Positions 11,364-22,804 of a stretch of 64,000 nt of DNA are shown here, in pieces. The DNA comes from Malacoraja senta (Eukaryota). Every line of letters starts with the position of its first letter. The stretch's first letter is position 1. The stretch spans positions 17,176,001-17,240,000 of the forward strand of contig CM075987.1 of NCBI GenBank assembly GCA_038087875.1, written 5' to 3'. The notes beneath the pieces are model-generated. The model saw only the letters and a list, made by a program, of their open reading frames with translations. It had not been told where the DNA came from and made no database searches. A program made the position numbers and the translations under genes.

Positions 11364-12754
11364 AACGCAATATTCCACCACTCACCCGATCCCCCTTATT
11401 CCACCACTCAACCATAGCCCCCAACTCTGCAGGGGCATATCCCCAGCATTACCTCCTCCTCCCCCTTCCCATCCTGTGCAGCTAAAAACTTGCTGCAAGG
11501 ACTGAGTGTTCCTCGATTGCAACTTTGTTGCAAGGACTTTGTTGCAAGGACTTTGTTGCAAGGACTTTGTTGCAAGGACTTTGTTGCAAGGACTTTGTTG
11601 CAAGGACTTTGTTGCAAGGACTTTGTTGCAAGGACTTTGTTGCAAGGACTTTGTTGCAAGGACTTTGTTGCAAGGACTTTGTTGCAAGGACTTTGTTGCA
11701 AGGACTTTGTTGCAAGGACTTTGTTGCAAGGACTTTGTTGCAAGGACTTTGTTGCAAGGACTTTGTTGCAAGGACTTTGTTGCAAGGACTTTGTTGCAAG
11801 GACTTTGTTGCAAGGACTTTGTTGCAAGGACTTTGTTGCAAGGACTTTGTTGCAAGGACTTTGTTGCAAGGACTTTGTTGCAAGGACTTTGTTGCAAGGA
11901 CTTTGTTGCAAGGACTTTGTTGCAAGGACTTTGTTGCAAGGACTTTGTTGCAAGGACTTTGTTGCAAGGACTTTGTTGCAAGGACTTTGTTGCAAGGACT
12001 TTGTTGCAAGGACTTTGTTGCAAGGACTTTGTTGCAAGGACTTTGTTGCAAGGACTTTGTTGCAAGGACTTTGTTGCAAGGACTTTGTTGCAAGGACTTT
12101 GTTGCAAGGACTTTGTTGCAAGGACTTTGTTGCAAGGACTTTGTTGCAAGGACTTTGTTGCAAGGACTTTGTTGCAAGGACTTTGTTGCAAGGACTTTGT
12201 TGCAAGGACTTTGTTGCAAGGACTTTGTTGCAAGGACTTTGTTGCAAGGACTTTGTTGCAAGGACTTTGTTGCAAGGACTTTGTTGCAAGGACTTTGTTG
12301 CAAGGACTTTGTTGCAAGGACTTTGTTGCAAGGACTTTGTTGCAAGGACTTTGTTGCAAGGACTTTGTTGCAAGGACTTTGTTGCAAGGACTTTGTTGCA
12401 AGGACTTTGTTGCAAGGACTTTGTTGCAAGGACTTTGTTGCAAGGACTTTGTTGCAAGGACTTTGTTGCAAGGACTTTGTTGCAAGGACTTTGTTGCAAG
12501 GACTTTGTTGCAAGGACTTTGTTGCAAGGACTTTGTTGCAAGGACTTTGTTGCAAGGACTTTGTTGCAAGGACTTTGTTGCAAGGACTTTGTTGCAAGGA
12601 CTTTAGCTGATACATTTTATTAAACTTGAATTTCTAAAGTTAAAAATTACGAATAACTTGTAAAATATAACATCAATCTGAACGAAACTTGACACAGACC
12701 ACGACAGGACAGTGAGTAAGGTGGTACAAAAATGTTAGCGCTATCGTGTATCGT
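11364..12754. mobile_element. Putative truncated non-autonomous element (Helentron/HINE-like?) hosting the 14-bp array
   Basis: Non-CR1 flanks interrupt CR1-like sequence. The segment aacatcaatctgaacgaaacttgacac resembles, from memory, DINE-1/HINE core motifs. No full termini are visible. Confidence 0.35.
11523..12604. repeat. Perfect 14-bp tandem array (ctttgttgcaagga) x77
   Basis: 11523-12600 = 1078 bp = 77 units, plus cttt. No variant units seen. Confidence 0.97.
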
Positions 12755-13190
12755 ATCAGGATCAGCAAATTGGCTCCATGGAAGGAAGCAGAGGGTGATG
12801 GTGGAAAGTTGCTTCACAGAACGGAGGCCTGTGACTAGTGGTGTGCCTCAGGGTTCGGTGCTGGGCCCGTTACTGTTTGTCATCTACATCAATGATTTGG
12901 ATGAGAACATACAGGGCAAGATTAGCAAGTTTGCTGACGATACAAAAGTGAGTGGTTTTGCAGATAGTGAAGATGGTTGTGAACGATTGCAGCAGGATCT
13001 GGATCGATTGGCCAGGAGGGCGGAGGAATGGTTGATGGAATATAATTCAGAGAAGTGTGAGGTGTTGCATTTTGGGATGTCGAACAAGGGCAGGACATAC
13101 ACAGTGAATGGTAGGCCTCTGGGTAGTGTTGTAGAGCAGAGGGATGTAGGAGTACAGGTGCATGGTTCCCTGAAGGTCGAGTCGCAGATA
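12755..13190 (+). mobile_element. CR1 LINE RT fragment
   Basis: ORF 12732-13241 with SGVPQGSVLGPLLF and FADDTK. Confidence 0.9.
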
Positions 13191-13516
13191 TCACTCTATG
13201 ACACAAATTATGACCGTTGGCCAACACCAGTTGATATTTAAAACAAGTTTATTTATGAAACATTTACACAGAGATGGTGAACAGCGAGCGGAGCCAGGGC
13301 GCAGAGCTGACCCCCTACCCCCCCCACCCCAGCGTTTCCTGTTCCACCCACCAGGATCTGGTGTGGGGGTGAGTGGATATTGGGAGCCAGAACAGCACTG
13401 ACCCCCTCTCTGTCTCCAGGCGCGGGGTAGGTGGGGGAGAGGGTACGGTGGGGTGAGGGGGCGATGGGGGCAGGGGGTAGACACACTGACCCCTCTCTCT
13501 CTCTCTCTCCCCACAG

Positions 13517-13651
13517 GTGCAGGGGGAGGAGCAGAGGGAGCCGGTGTGCGTGGGGAGAGTGGTGATGTCGTGTCCCCCCGGTCACGGCCAGAGTCACCGA
13601 ATACTCTTACAGCATCACCAGCTGCTGGAGCTGCACGCACGCCTCATATAG
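13517..13651 (+). CDS. DCTN1: DCTN1 terminal coding exon (VQGEEQREPVCVGRVVMSCPPGHGQSHRILLQHHQLLELHARLI*)
   Basis: Matches human C-terminus ...[37 protein letters not shown]. Pyrimidine tract plus cag|; phase 0; TAG at 13649-13651. Confidence 0.92.
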   Translation: MQGEEQREPVCVGRVVMSCPPGHGQSHRILLQHHQLLELHARLI

Positions 13652-14555
13652 ACCCGGAGACCCCCAACCAGAACCCACCCAGACCAGAACCCCTCCCCCT
13701 GGGGACCCCCGACCAGAACCCACCCCCCAGACCAGACCCCCCCCCCCCACCAGCTGCACGCCCGCCTCATAATAGACCCGGAGACCCCCAACCAGAACCC
13801 CCCCAGACCAGAACCCCTCCCCCTGGGGACCCCCGACCAGAACCCCCCCCCCCAGACCAGAACCCCCCTCCCTGGGGAACCCGCCCGCCCACCAGCTGCA
13901 CGCACGCCTCATATAGACCCGGAGACTCCCGACCAGAACCCACCCCCCCCTGGGGAAACCCCCCCAGACCAGACCCCTCCCCCTGGGGAACCCCCCCAGA
14001 CCAGACCCCTCCCCCTGGGGAACCCCCCCCAGACCAGACCCCTCCTCCTGGGGAACCCCCCCCAGACCGGAACCCCCCCTCCAGACCAGACCCCTCCCCC
14101 TGGGGAACCCGCCCCCCACACGAGCTGCACGCACGTCTCATAGACCCCCCCCACCCCACCACTAGCCCCCACCCGCCTCATAGACACCCCCCCCCCATGG
14201 ACCCCCTCCCTGTAGGGAATCCCCCCAGGACATTAAAATCCCCTCATGGACCGCCCCGCCTGCCTCATATAGAGACCCCCGACCGTAGACCCTCCCCCTA
14301 CTGGACGGTCCCCCCACCCCACCCGCCCGCCCACACTCATGGGGGTCCGGTGCCCCTTGTGGTGTGGGAACCGTGAGGGGGGCTGTTGTGGGAGTGGGAA
14401 ACGTGTGGTGTGGGAACCGTGAGGGGGGCTGTTGTGGGGGTGGGGTACGTGTGGTGTGGGAACCGTGAGGGGGGCTGTTGTGGGGGTGGGGTACAGGAAC
14501 CGTGAGGGGGGGTGTTGTGGGGGTGGGGTACGTGTGGGGTGACCCTGCGGTGACT

Positions 14556-14561
14556 GAATAA
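14556..14561 (+). terminator. DCTN1: Candidate DCTN1 polyadenylation signal AATAAA (alternative ATTAAA at 14232-14237)
   Basis: First AATAAA seen downstream of the stop, followed by GT-rich sequence. Confidence 0.55.
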
Positions 14562-14670
14562 ACAGACGCTGAGCAGCTGACAGACGTGTCTTGTCTCCCT
14601 TTGGGGGGGGGGACACAGGAGAGTGTCTGGAATGGAGGGGTGGACACACTGACCTCTGGGATGGACAGTG

Positions 14671-15305
14671 TCACCAGTAACCGTACAGTCCAGAATATTC
14701 TGTCCAGTCCGGCCCCCAGTGACCCTCCTGTCCGTCCCGCCCCCCCCACTCTGGCCCTTCTTGTCCCGTCCCTCCCTGACCCCCCCACTCCTGGACACAG
14801 TGACCGTCTCGTCCGTGTGGCCCCCTCCACTCATAGTGACCATCTAACCCGTCCCCTCCCCTCCACTCCGGCCCCTGCCTGCAGCGACCCTCCAGACCAG
14901 GCCTATCTGGTCCCCTCCACTCCAGCACGTCTTGTCCCGTCTCTTCCTGACCGAGCCACTCCGGCCCCAGGACACAGTGACCGTTCTGCCCGTCCCCTCC
15001 CCTCCACTCACAGTGACTCTCCTGCCTGTCCCGTTCCCTCCACTCCGGCCCCAGGACACAGTGGCCGTTCTGCCCGTCCCGTTCCGTCCACTCACAGTGA
15101 CCATCTGACCCGTTCCCTCCCCTCCCCTCCGGCCCCTCCTGTGCCCTCCACTCGGGCCCCAGTCGTTCCCTTCCCCTCCGCTGTGGGTCCCGGCTGTATG
15201 GCTGGCCGTGTCTGTGACTCAGTCTGCGTCTGGCCACCAGCCCGTTGTGCACGGGTCTCCAGACGTGATGGGGCGAGTCTCCGTCCACGGCCCAAGCTGG
15301 CCGCC
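14671..15305 (-). CDS. PCED1A: PCED1A-like terminal coding exon with repetitive C-terminal tail
   Basis: Acceptor cacag|GG is phase 1, matching the upstream exon. Open for 211 codons (ORF 14671-15288). Includes NGLVARRRLSHRHGQPYSR, then GPEW/GHCEW repeats. Confidence 0.6.
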
Positions 15306-15321
15306 CTGTGGTGGGACACGT

Positions 15322-15661
15322 TCAGTTTAAAGATAGTACACTGCGCGGAAACAGGCCCTTCAGCCCATCGAGTCCGTGCTGACCAGCGATCCCCGTACAC
15401 TAGTTTAAGTTAGAGATACAGCATGGAAACAGGCCCTTCAGCCCATCGATCCCCGTACACCAACACTATCCTACACAAGAGGGACAATTTACAACGACAC
15501 CGAGCCAATTAACCTGCAAACATGCACGTCTTTGGAGTGTGGGAGGAAACCGAAGCACCTTTGAAAACCCATGTCGGTCATGGGGAGAACGTGCAAACTC
15601 TGTAGACAGCACCCGGGAGTCTGACGCCGTGAGGCAGCAACTCTACCGCTGCTTCACCGCG
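15322..15661 (-). mobile_element. HE1/V-SINE-like tRNA-derived SINE with duplicated tail
   Basis: Minus strand reads cggtagagttgctgcctcac...ggtttcctcccaca...gggcctgtttcc...ctaaact. Confidence 0.8.
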
Positions 15662-16014
15662 ATGCCCTGAACAAGGGGGGTATTCCTGCCCCACCCACCC
15701 CTCTGCACCCCACCCCCCCGCCCCCTGCACCCCATCCCCCCGCACCCCATCCCCCATCCCCGTGCACCCCATCCCCCCGCCTCCTGCACCCCACCCCCCC
15801 GCACCCCATCCCCCATCCCCCGCCCCCCTCCCCATCCTGCATGTCCTTGCACCTCTAGACCCGTCCCACAGCCCTGCCTTTCACTGTAGATCCTGCCCTT
15901 GTTAGACTTGCTCCCCCCACCCTCTACCCGGGACCACGGAACATTCTGGAACATTCAGCTGCCACCCTGTCCCCCTCTGCACCGTACAGTCCCCTGGGGG
16001 GGGGGGTGACCTAC

Positions 16015-16143
16015 CGGTCAGCTGGGGGGGTCCCCTGGCGAGTCCCGGGCTAGGCTCCGGCCTCTCGGGGGGGAGGTGGGTCAGCACCGGGCTGCTCCGG
16101 CCAAGAACGTAATCACGGCCACCGACTTCCCGCAGCCTGGAGT
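16015..16143 (-). CDS. PCED1A: PCED1A-like proline-rich exon
   Basis: ttccag|AC...ACCG|gtagg; 129 nt, phase 1-1, open frame. Confidence 0.55.
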
Positions 16144-16653
16144 CTGGAACACACGGGGCAGTGGTCAGTGGGGGAGGGGGGCAGTGGGGGAGGGGGGCAG
16201 TGGTCAGTGGGGGAGGAGGCAGTGGGGGAGGAGGCAGTGGTCAGTGGGGGAGGGGGGCAGTGGGGGAGGGGGCAGTGGTCAGTGGGGTAGGGGGCGGGGG
16301 TCTGTGGTCAGTGGGGGGGCAGTCAACAGTGGGGGAGGGGGCAGTGGTCAGCAGTGGGGGAGGGGGCAGTGGGGGAGGGGGGCAGTGGTCAGTGGGGGGA
16401 GGTGGTCAGTGGGGGGGGCTGTGGTCAGCAGTGGGGGAGGGGGCAGTGGTCAGTGAGGGAGGGGGGCAGTGATCAGTGGAGGGCGGCAGTGGTCAGTGGG
16501 GGGAGTCAATGGGGGGCAGTGGTCAGCAGTGGGGGAGGGGGCAGTGGTCAGTGGGGGAGGGGGGCAGTGGTCAGTGGTCAGTGGGGGGGAGTCAATGGGG
16601 GGCAGTGGTCAGTGGGAGGGCAGTGGTCAGTGAGTGGTGGTCAGGGCCATTAC

Positions 16654-16685
16654 CTGCGGGGGTGACGTGGCAGACTCAGTAGTTG
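16654..16685 (-). CDS. PCED1A: PCED1A-like small exon (ATTESATSPP...), 32 nt, probably 1 nt short
   Basis: cccag| and |gtaatg boundaries; 33 nt are needed to keep phase. Confidence 0.4.
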
Positions 16686-16768
16686 CTGGGTCAGGCCGCA
16701 GTGGGTCTGGGTCCGAGCGGAGGTTTGGGGGTCGGTGCTGGGGTTGGGGGGTCGGGTTGGAGGGTTAC

Positions 16769-17012
16769 CTGTGGGGGGGTGGCCCGGCACTCGGACCCCC
16801 CAGGCCTGGGCTATGTGCCGCAGCAGTGTGTGGGTGAGTGTGCGGTGGGCTCTCTGGTTCCAGTGAACACCGTCGGGGGCTCGGAGCTTTGGCCGGCGAC
16901 GGAAGTGGAAGTGAAGGTCGAGCACGTCCAGGTGGTGGTGCTTAGCGAGTACGGCCGCACGCAGGTTGGCCTCCAGCACCTCACTCCACAGTGACCGCTC
17001 CAGGGCCTGCAA
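16769..17012 (-). CDS. PCED1A: PCED1A exon carrying the catalytic DGVH (DxxH) motif
   Basis: LQALERSLWSEVLEAN...DVLDLHFHFR...DGVHWNQRAHR...AWGV matches human DVLDLHFHFRH...DGVHWDQHAHR...AWGVELP. Confidence 0.93.
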
Positions 17013-17029
17013 CTGACCACAGCGCAGTG

Positions 17030-18125
17030 ACAGTTAGATAGAGCTCTTGAAGGTAGCGGAGTCAGGGGATATGGGGAGAAGGCAGGAACTAATTGGGGAT
17101 GATCAGCCATGATCACATTGAATGGCGGTGCTGGCTCGAAGGGCCAAATGGTCTCCTCCTGCACCTGTTTACTGAGACCCCCGCCCCATGACCCCCAACC
17201 CTGTGACCCCAATCCTGGAACCCCCAACCCTGTGACCCCCCTTGTCCCCGCGACCCCCAACCCTGTGACCCCGCTAGTCCCTGCGACCCCCAACCCTGCG
17301 ACCCCCCTAGTCCCTGCGACCCCCAACCCATCTTGCAGTGAGAAGGAGCGGTCAGGATAGCAGAGACAGGAAGTGCGTGCAAGATGGAAGAGGATGGAAT
17401 CAGACTGTGGAATCCTTTGCCACAGAAGGCTGTGGAGGCCAAGGTCAGTGGGTATATTTAAGGCAGATAGATAGATTTTTGATTAGTGCTTGTGTCACCA
17501 CGAGGTTATGGGGAGAAGGCAGGAGAATGGGGTTAGGAGGGAGAGATAGATCACAAGTTATAGTATTAGAATTAGGCCATTCGGCCCATCGAGTCTACTC
17601 CGCCATTAAATCATAGCTGATCTCTGCCACCTAATCCCATTAAGAACAAGGCAGATTATTTGAATGGTGTTAGATTAGGAAAAGGGAGGTGCAACGAGAC
17701 CTGGGGGTCCTTGTACACCAGTCACTGAAAGTAAGCATGCAGGTACAGCAGGCAGTGAAGAAAGCTAATGGCATGTTGGCCTTCATTGCGAGAGGATTTG
17801 TGTTTCGGAGCAAGGTCCTACTGCAGTTGTACAGGGCCCTGGTGAGACCACACCTGGAGTATTGTGTGCAATTTTGGTCTCCTAATTTGAGTAAGGACAT
17901 CCTTCCTATTGAGGGAGTGCAGCGTAGGTTCACCAGGTTAATTACTAGAGTGTATTCTGAGGGACAGGATATACAGGCATTTGGATGGGCAAGGGCTGAT
18001 TAGGGATAGTCAGCATGGTTTTGTACGAGGGAGGTCGTGTCTCACAAACCTGATTGAGTTTTCGAGGGTGTGACCAAGAAGGTTGATGAGGGCAGAGCTG
18101 TGGATGTCATGTACATGGACTTTAG
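17030..18125 (+). mobile_element. Cluster of CR1 fragments with a C-rich ~30-bp minisatellite (17185-17330)
   Basis: ORF 17689-18003 plus CR1 3' UTR motifs. Confidence 0.8.
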
Positions 18126-18320
18126 TACAGAGCTTGCAGAGCCCACCACCCCACCCCCTCTCTCGCAGGCCTTTCTCTCAGCTCACTGCCCCCTCTCTCC
18201 CAGCCCCCTCTCCCAGTTCACTACCCCCTCTCCCAGCCCCCCTGCCCCCCCTCTCCCAGCTCCCCTGCCCTCTCTAACCCAGCTTGCCGCCCCCTCTGTT
18301 GCCCACCGTCCGGCCCTCAC

Positions 18321-18471
18321 CTGGGGGCCTAGGAAGCCGCCCTTGACTCGGTTGCCCGGGGGCAGTGCCAGGCTCCAGATGACCAGGCAGTGAGGGGGTA
18401 ACGTGTGGTACAGACAGCTGAACAGCTGGTGCAGCCTCTCGCTGTAGTCCCGCCGCCAGTCCTTGCCATAC
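18321..18471 (-). CDS. PCED1A: PCED1A exon (YGKDWRRDYSERLHQLF...CLVIWSLALPPGNRVKGGFLGPQ)
   Basis: Matches human YGRCSMESYRENL...CLLVWNMAMPLGERITGGFL. ag/gt boundaries and phases fit. Confidence 0.93.
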
Positions 18472-18474
18472 CTG

Positions 18475-19228
18475 TGTGTAGGACACGGGCAGTGAATCAC
18501 ACGCGTGTAGGACACGGGTGGCGAATCACGCATGTAGGACACGGGCAGTGAATCACACGCTTGTAGGGGAACACGGGTGGCGAATCACACGCGTGCAGGG
18601 GACACGTGCAGCGAATCACACACGTGTAGGGGACACGGGCAGTGAATCACACGCATGTAGGGGGCACTGGCAGTGAATCACACGCGTGTAGGGGACACAG
18701 GCAGTGAGTTGCACATGTGAAGGACACGTCGGTAAACCACGAGGCTGGGACACAGGATCTAAGCCCAGGACACGGGCGGTAAGGCACACGCGTGTAGGAG
18801 ACACGAGCAGTGAATCACACGCATGTAGGTGACACAGGCAGTAAGGCACACGTGTGTAGGGGACACTGGCAGTAAGGCACATGCGTGTAGGGGACACGGG
18901 TGGTAAGGCACACGTGTGTAGGGGACACGGGCGGCAAGGCACACGCGTGTAGGGGACACAGGCGGTAAGGCACACGCGTGATGTGGACACGGGCGGTAAG
19001 GCACACGCGTGTAGGGGACACGGGTGGTAAGGCACACACGTGTAGGGGACATGGGCAGCAAGGCACACACGTGTAGGGGACACGGGCGGTAAGGAACACG
19101 CGTGTAGGGGACACGGGCGGTAAGGCACACGCGTGTAGGGGACACGGGCGGTAAGGCACACGCGTGTAGGGGACACGGGCGGTAAGGCACACGCGTGTAG
19201 GGGACACGGGCGGTAAGGCACACGCGTA
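18475..19228. repeat. ~32-bp minisatellite (gtgtaggggacacgggcggtaaggcacacgc)n abutting a PCED1A acceptor
   Basis: More than 20 copies; source of the Cys/Pro-rich spurious ORFs. Confidence 0.9.
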
Positions 19229-19344
19229 TCTGGAGCATTGAATCTAGATTTAGATTTAATTCTTGTCATTTCAACCTCAGTGAGGCTCAAACAAAACTCC
19301 GTATCCACAGCCACACAAACAAAACAATCCCTACACATAAATAC

Positions 19345-20640
19345 ATAGACAATAGGTGCAGGAGTAGGCCATTCGGCCCTTCGAGTCTGCACCGCCATTC
19401 AATATGATCATGGCTGATCATCCAACCCAGTATCCCGTACCTGCCTTTTCTCCATACCCCCTGATCCCTTTAGCCACAAGGGCCACATCTAACTCCCTCT
19501 TAAATATAGCCAATGAACTGGCCTCAACTACCCTCTGTGGCAGAGAGTTCCAGAGATTCACCACTCTCTGTGTGAAAAAGTTGTTTCTCATCTCAGTCTT
19601 AAAGGATTTCCCCCTTATCCTTAAGCTGTGACCCCTTGTCCTGGACTTCCCCAACATCGGGAACAATCTTCCTGCATCTAGCCTGTCCAACCCAAGAATT
19701 TTGTACGTTTCTATAAGATCCCCTCTCAATCTCCTAAATTCTAGCGAGTATAAGCCAAGTCTATCCAGTCTTTCTTCATATGAAAGTCCTGACATCCCAG
19801 GAATCAGTCTGGTGAACCTTCTCTGCACTCCCTCTATGGCTATAATGTCCTTCCTCAGATTTGGAGACCAAAACTGTACGCAATACTCCAGGTGTGGTCT
19901 CACCAAGACCCTGTACAACTGCAGTAGAACCTCCCTGCTCCTATACTCAAATCCTTTTGCTATGAAAGCTAACATACCATTTGCTTTCTTCACTGCCTGC
20001 TGCACCTGCATGCCTACTTTCAATGACTGGTGTACATGATACCCAGGTCTCGCTGCATCTCCCCTTTTCCTAATCGGCCACCATTTAGATAATAGTCTGC
20101 TTTCCTGTTTTTCCCACCAAAGTGGATAACCTCACATTTATCCACATTATTTGCCCACTCACCCAGCCTATCCAAGTCACCTTGCAGTCTCCTAGCATCC
20201 TCCTCACAGCTAACACTGCCCCCCAGCTTAGTGTCATCCGCAAACTTGGAGATGTTGCATTCAATTCCCTCGTCCAAATCATTAATATATATTATAAATA
20301 GCTGGGGTCCCTGCACTGAGCCTTGCGGTACCCCACTAGTCACTGCCTGCCATTGTGAAATGGACCCGTTTACTCCTACTCTTTGCTTCCTGTTTGCCAG
20401 CCAGTTCTCTATCCACATCAATACTGAACCCCCAATACCGTGTGCTTTAAGTTTGTATACTAATCTCTTATGTGGTACCTTGTCGAAAGCCTTCTGGAAG
20501 TCCAGATACAACACATCCACTGGTTCTCCCCTATCCACTCTACTAGTTACATCCTCGAAAAATTCTATAAGATTTGTCAGACATGATTTACCTTTCGTAA
20601 ATCCATGCTGACTTTGTCCAATGATTTCACCACTTTCCAA
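19345..20640 (-). mobile_element. CR1 LINE (RT to 3' end) inserted in another repeat whose halves lie at ~19243-19340 and ~20641-21245
   Basis: ORFs 19418-20023 and 20020-20676 (QHGF, YLDFQKAFD, FADD). Confidence 0.9.
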
Positions 20641-21481
20641 CACGACACACAAACAATTCAATTTACAGAAAAACATCCATCACATTGAATCTCCTCCTCA
20701 CTGTGATGGAAGGCAAAGTCTTTTCTCTCCCCTGCACCATTTTTCTCCCGATGTTGAAGCCCCAGGCGGGCAATGTTAAGTCCCACACGGGCCGTTGAGG
20801 CCGGGCCGGGCGGTATACGGCCTCGCTCCGGGCCCAAAAGTCACCAGGTTGGAGTCCCCAGCGGGCGCTGGAATGTCCCGCGGCCATTAAAGCCGCGCCG
20901 GGCGATTTACGGCCCCCGCTCCGGGTCGTTCCAACCCCGCGACACGGGCGGGAGAAGCTTTGCGGGAGCTCCGGAAAGCGGTCTCTCACCCGGACTGCAG
21001 CTGGAGCTCCGGAGTCGGGCTGCAGCAGCGAGCCACCCGAGGATGGCCAGCCCCACGATGGTAAGTCCGCAGCTCCACAGGCTCCGCGACTGGAGCCCCC
21101 AGAGATTTTTTAAAGTTTCCCCCTCCCCCCACATATACAGTTAAAAACAGTATAAAAAACCCACAAACTACATTTAACGAGACAAAAATTAAAAAAAGAC
21201 AAACAGACTGCAGTCGAGCCGCTGCCGTTAGGCACCGCCACACCACTACATCACTACATCATGCATGTCCAGGACACGGCTGTCACATACGTGCCTGCAG
21301 CACGGGCTCTAGGTCACGCGTGGATGAAGGGGCTGTAAATCACGGACAGTCCTCTTTGTGGATTTCAGGAGGAAACAGGCGGCTAAAACCCACCAGTGTG
21401 AACATGAAACTCCCCACTGAAGGACCACCCCCACCCCCCCCCCCCCCCCAATCCCATGTCCCTTCCTCTGGGTTTATCTTT

Positions 21482-22155
21482 CATGCAGGTACAGCAGGCA
21501 ATGAAGAAAGCAAATGGCATGTTGGCCTTCATTGCGAGAGGATTTGAGTTTAGGAGCAAGGAGGTCCTTCTGCAGTTGTACAGAGCCCTAGTGAGACCAC
21601 ACCTGGAGTATTGTGTGCAGTTTTGGTCCCCTAATTTGAGGAAGGACATTCTTGCTATTGAGGGAGTGCAACGTTCGTTCACGAGGTTAATTCCCGGGAT
21701 GGCGGGACTGTCATATGATGAAAGAACGGGTCGACTGGGCTTGTATACACTGGAATTTAGAAGGATGAGAGGGAATCTTATGGAAACATATAAAATCCTT
21801 AATGGATTGGACAGGTTAGATGCAGGAAAAATGTTCCCGATGTTGGGGGAGTCCAGAACCAGGGGTCACAGTTTAAGAATAAGGGGTAGGCCATTTAGGA
21901 CTGAGATGAGGAAACACTTTTTCACCCAGAGTTGTGAATCTGTGGCATTCTCTGCCACAGAAGGCAGTGGAGGCCAATCATCTGGATGTTTTCAAGAGAG
22001 AGTTAGATTTAGCTCTTAGGGCTAACGGAGTCAAGGGATATGAGAAGAAGGCAGGAACGGGGTACTGATTGGGGATGATCAGCCATGATCACATTGAATG
22101 GCGGTGCTGGCTGCAAGGGCCGAATGGCCTACTCCTGCACCTATTGTCCATGTTT
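21482..22155 (+). mobile_element. CR1 LINE 3' fragment
   Basis: ORF 21456-22019. Confidence 0.9.
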
Positions 22156-22804
22156 CTCATCAACATCCTTTTCTCTTTCACCTCCATTTTCAGCCACCCA
22201 TCTGCCAATGAAACCCTCCCACCACTATCCACCTATCACTCAGTGATACAGTGTGGAAACTGGCCCTTCAGCCCAACCTGGCCACACTGACCAACAATGT
22301 CCCAGCTACACTAGTCATAGAGTGATACAGTGTGGAAACAGGCCCTTCGGCCCAACTCGCCCACACCAGTCAACATGTCCCAGCTACACTAATCCCACCT
22401 GCCTGCGTTTGGTCCATATCCCTCTAAACCTACCAGTGTGGACTGTCCACCGCGGAGTATGGGATCCCTCGCCAGCGATCGCTGGAGAAGAGCCTGCGAC
22501 CAATAACATCCTGATTCGGGACCTCCAAGCCGCGGAGTGTGTTTGACTGTCCCGACGAGAGGGCCTGTACATCGGGCCGTCTGTAGCGGTGACTACAGAG
22601 GGTTTATGGCCCCGACCACGGGTGAACAAAGGAGGACTGACTGAACCTTGTTGCCTTCCACCAAAGTGAAGAATGCTGTGGTGGATGTTTGTGTTAAATT
22701 CTATTGTGTATTGTGTGTTGTTTGTAAGTGTATCGCTGCTGGCAAATTCATTTCACTGCACCTTCGGGTGCATGTGACCAATAAAATTGACTTTGACTTT
22801 GAGT

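Noticed and set aside
11523..12604. CRISPR array or telomere repeat
   Set aside because: No spacers and no cas genes; eukaryotic context; the unit is not TTAGGG-like.
11382..12623. Six 360-395-aa ORFs of (CCKDFVARTLLQGL)n / (QQSPCNKVLATKSL)n
   Set aside because: A stop-free 14-bp unit is open in all six frames. There is no synonymous variation or gene structure, and the array is intronic.
13453..14376. 307-aa proline-rich ORF, and 275-aa ORF 14586-15413
   Set aside because: The first is an alternate frame of the DCTN1 last exon plus 3' UTR repeats. The second is the antisense shadow of the PCED1A terminal exon.
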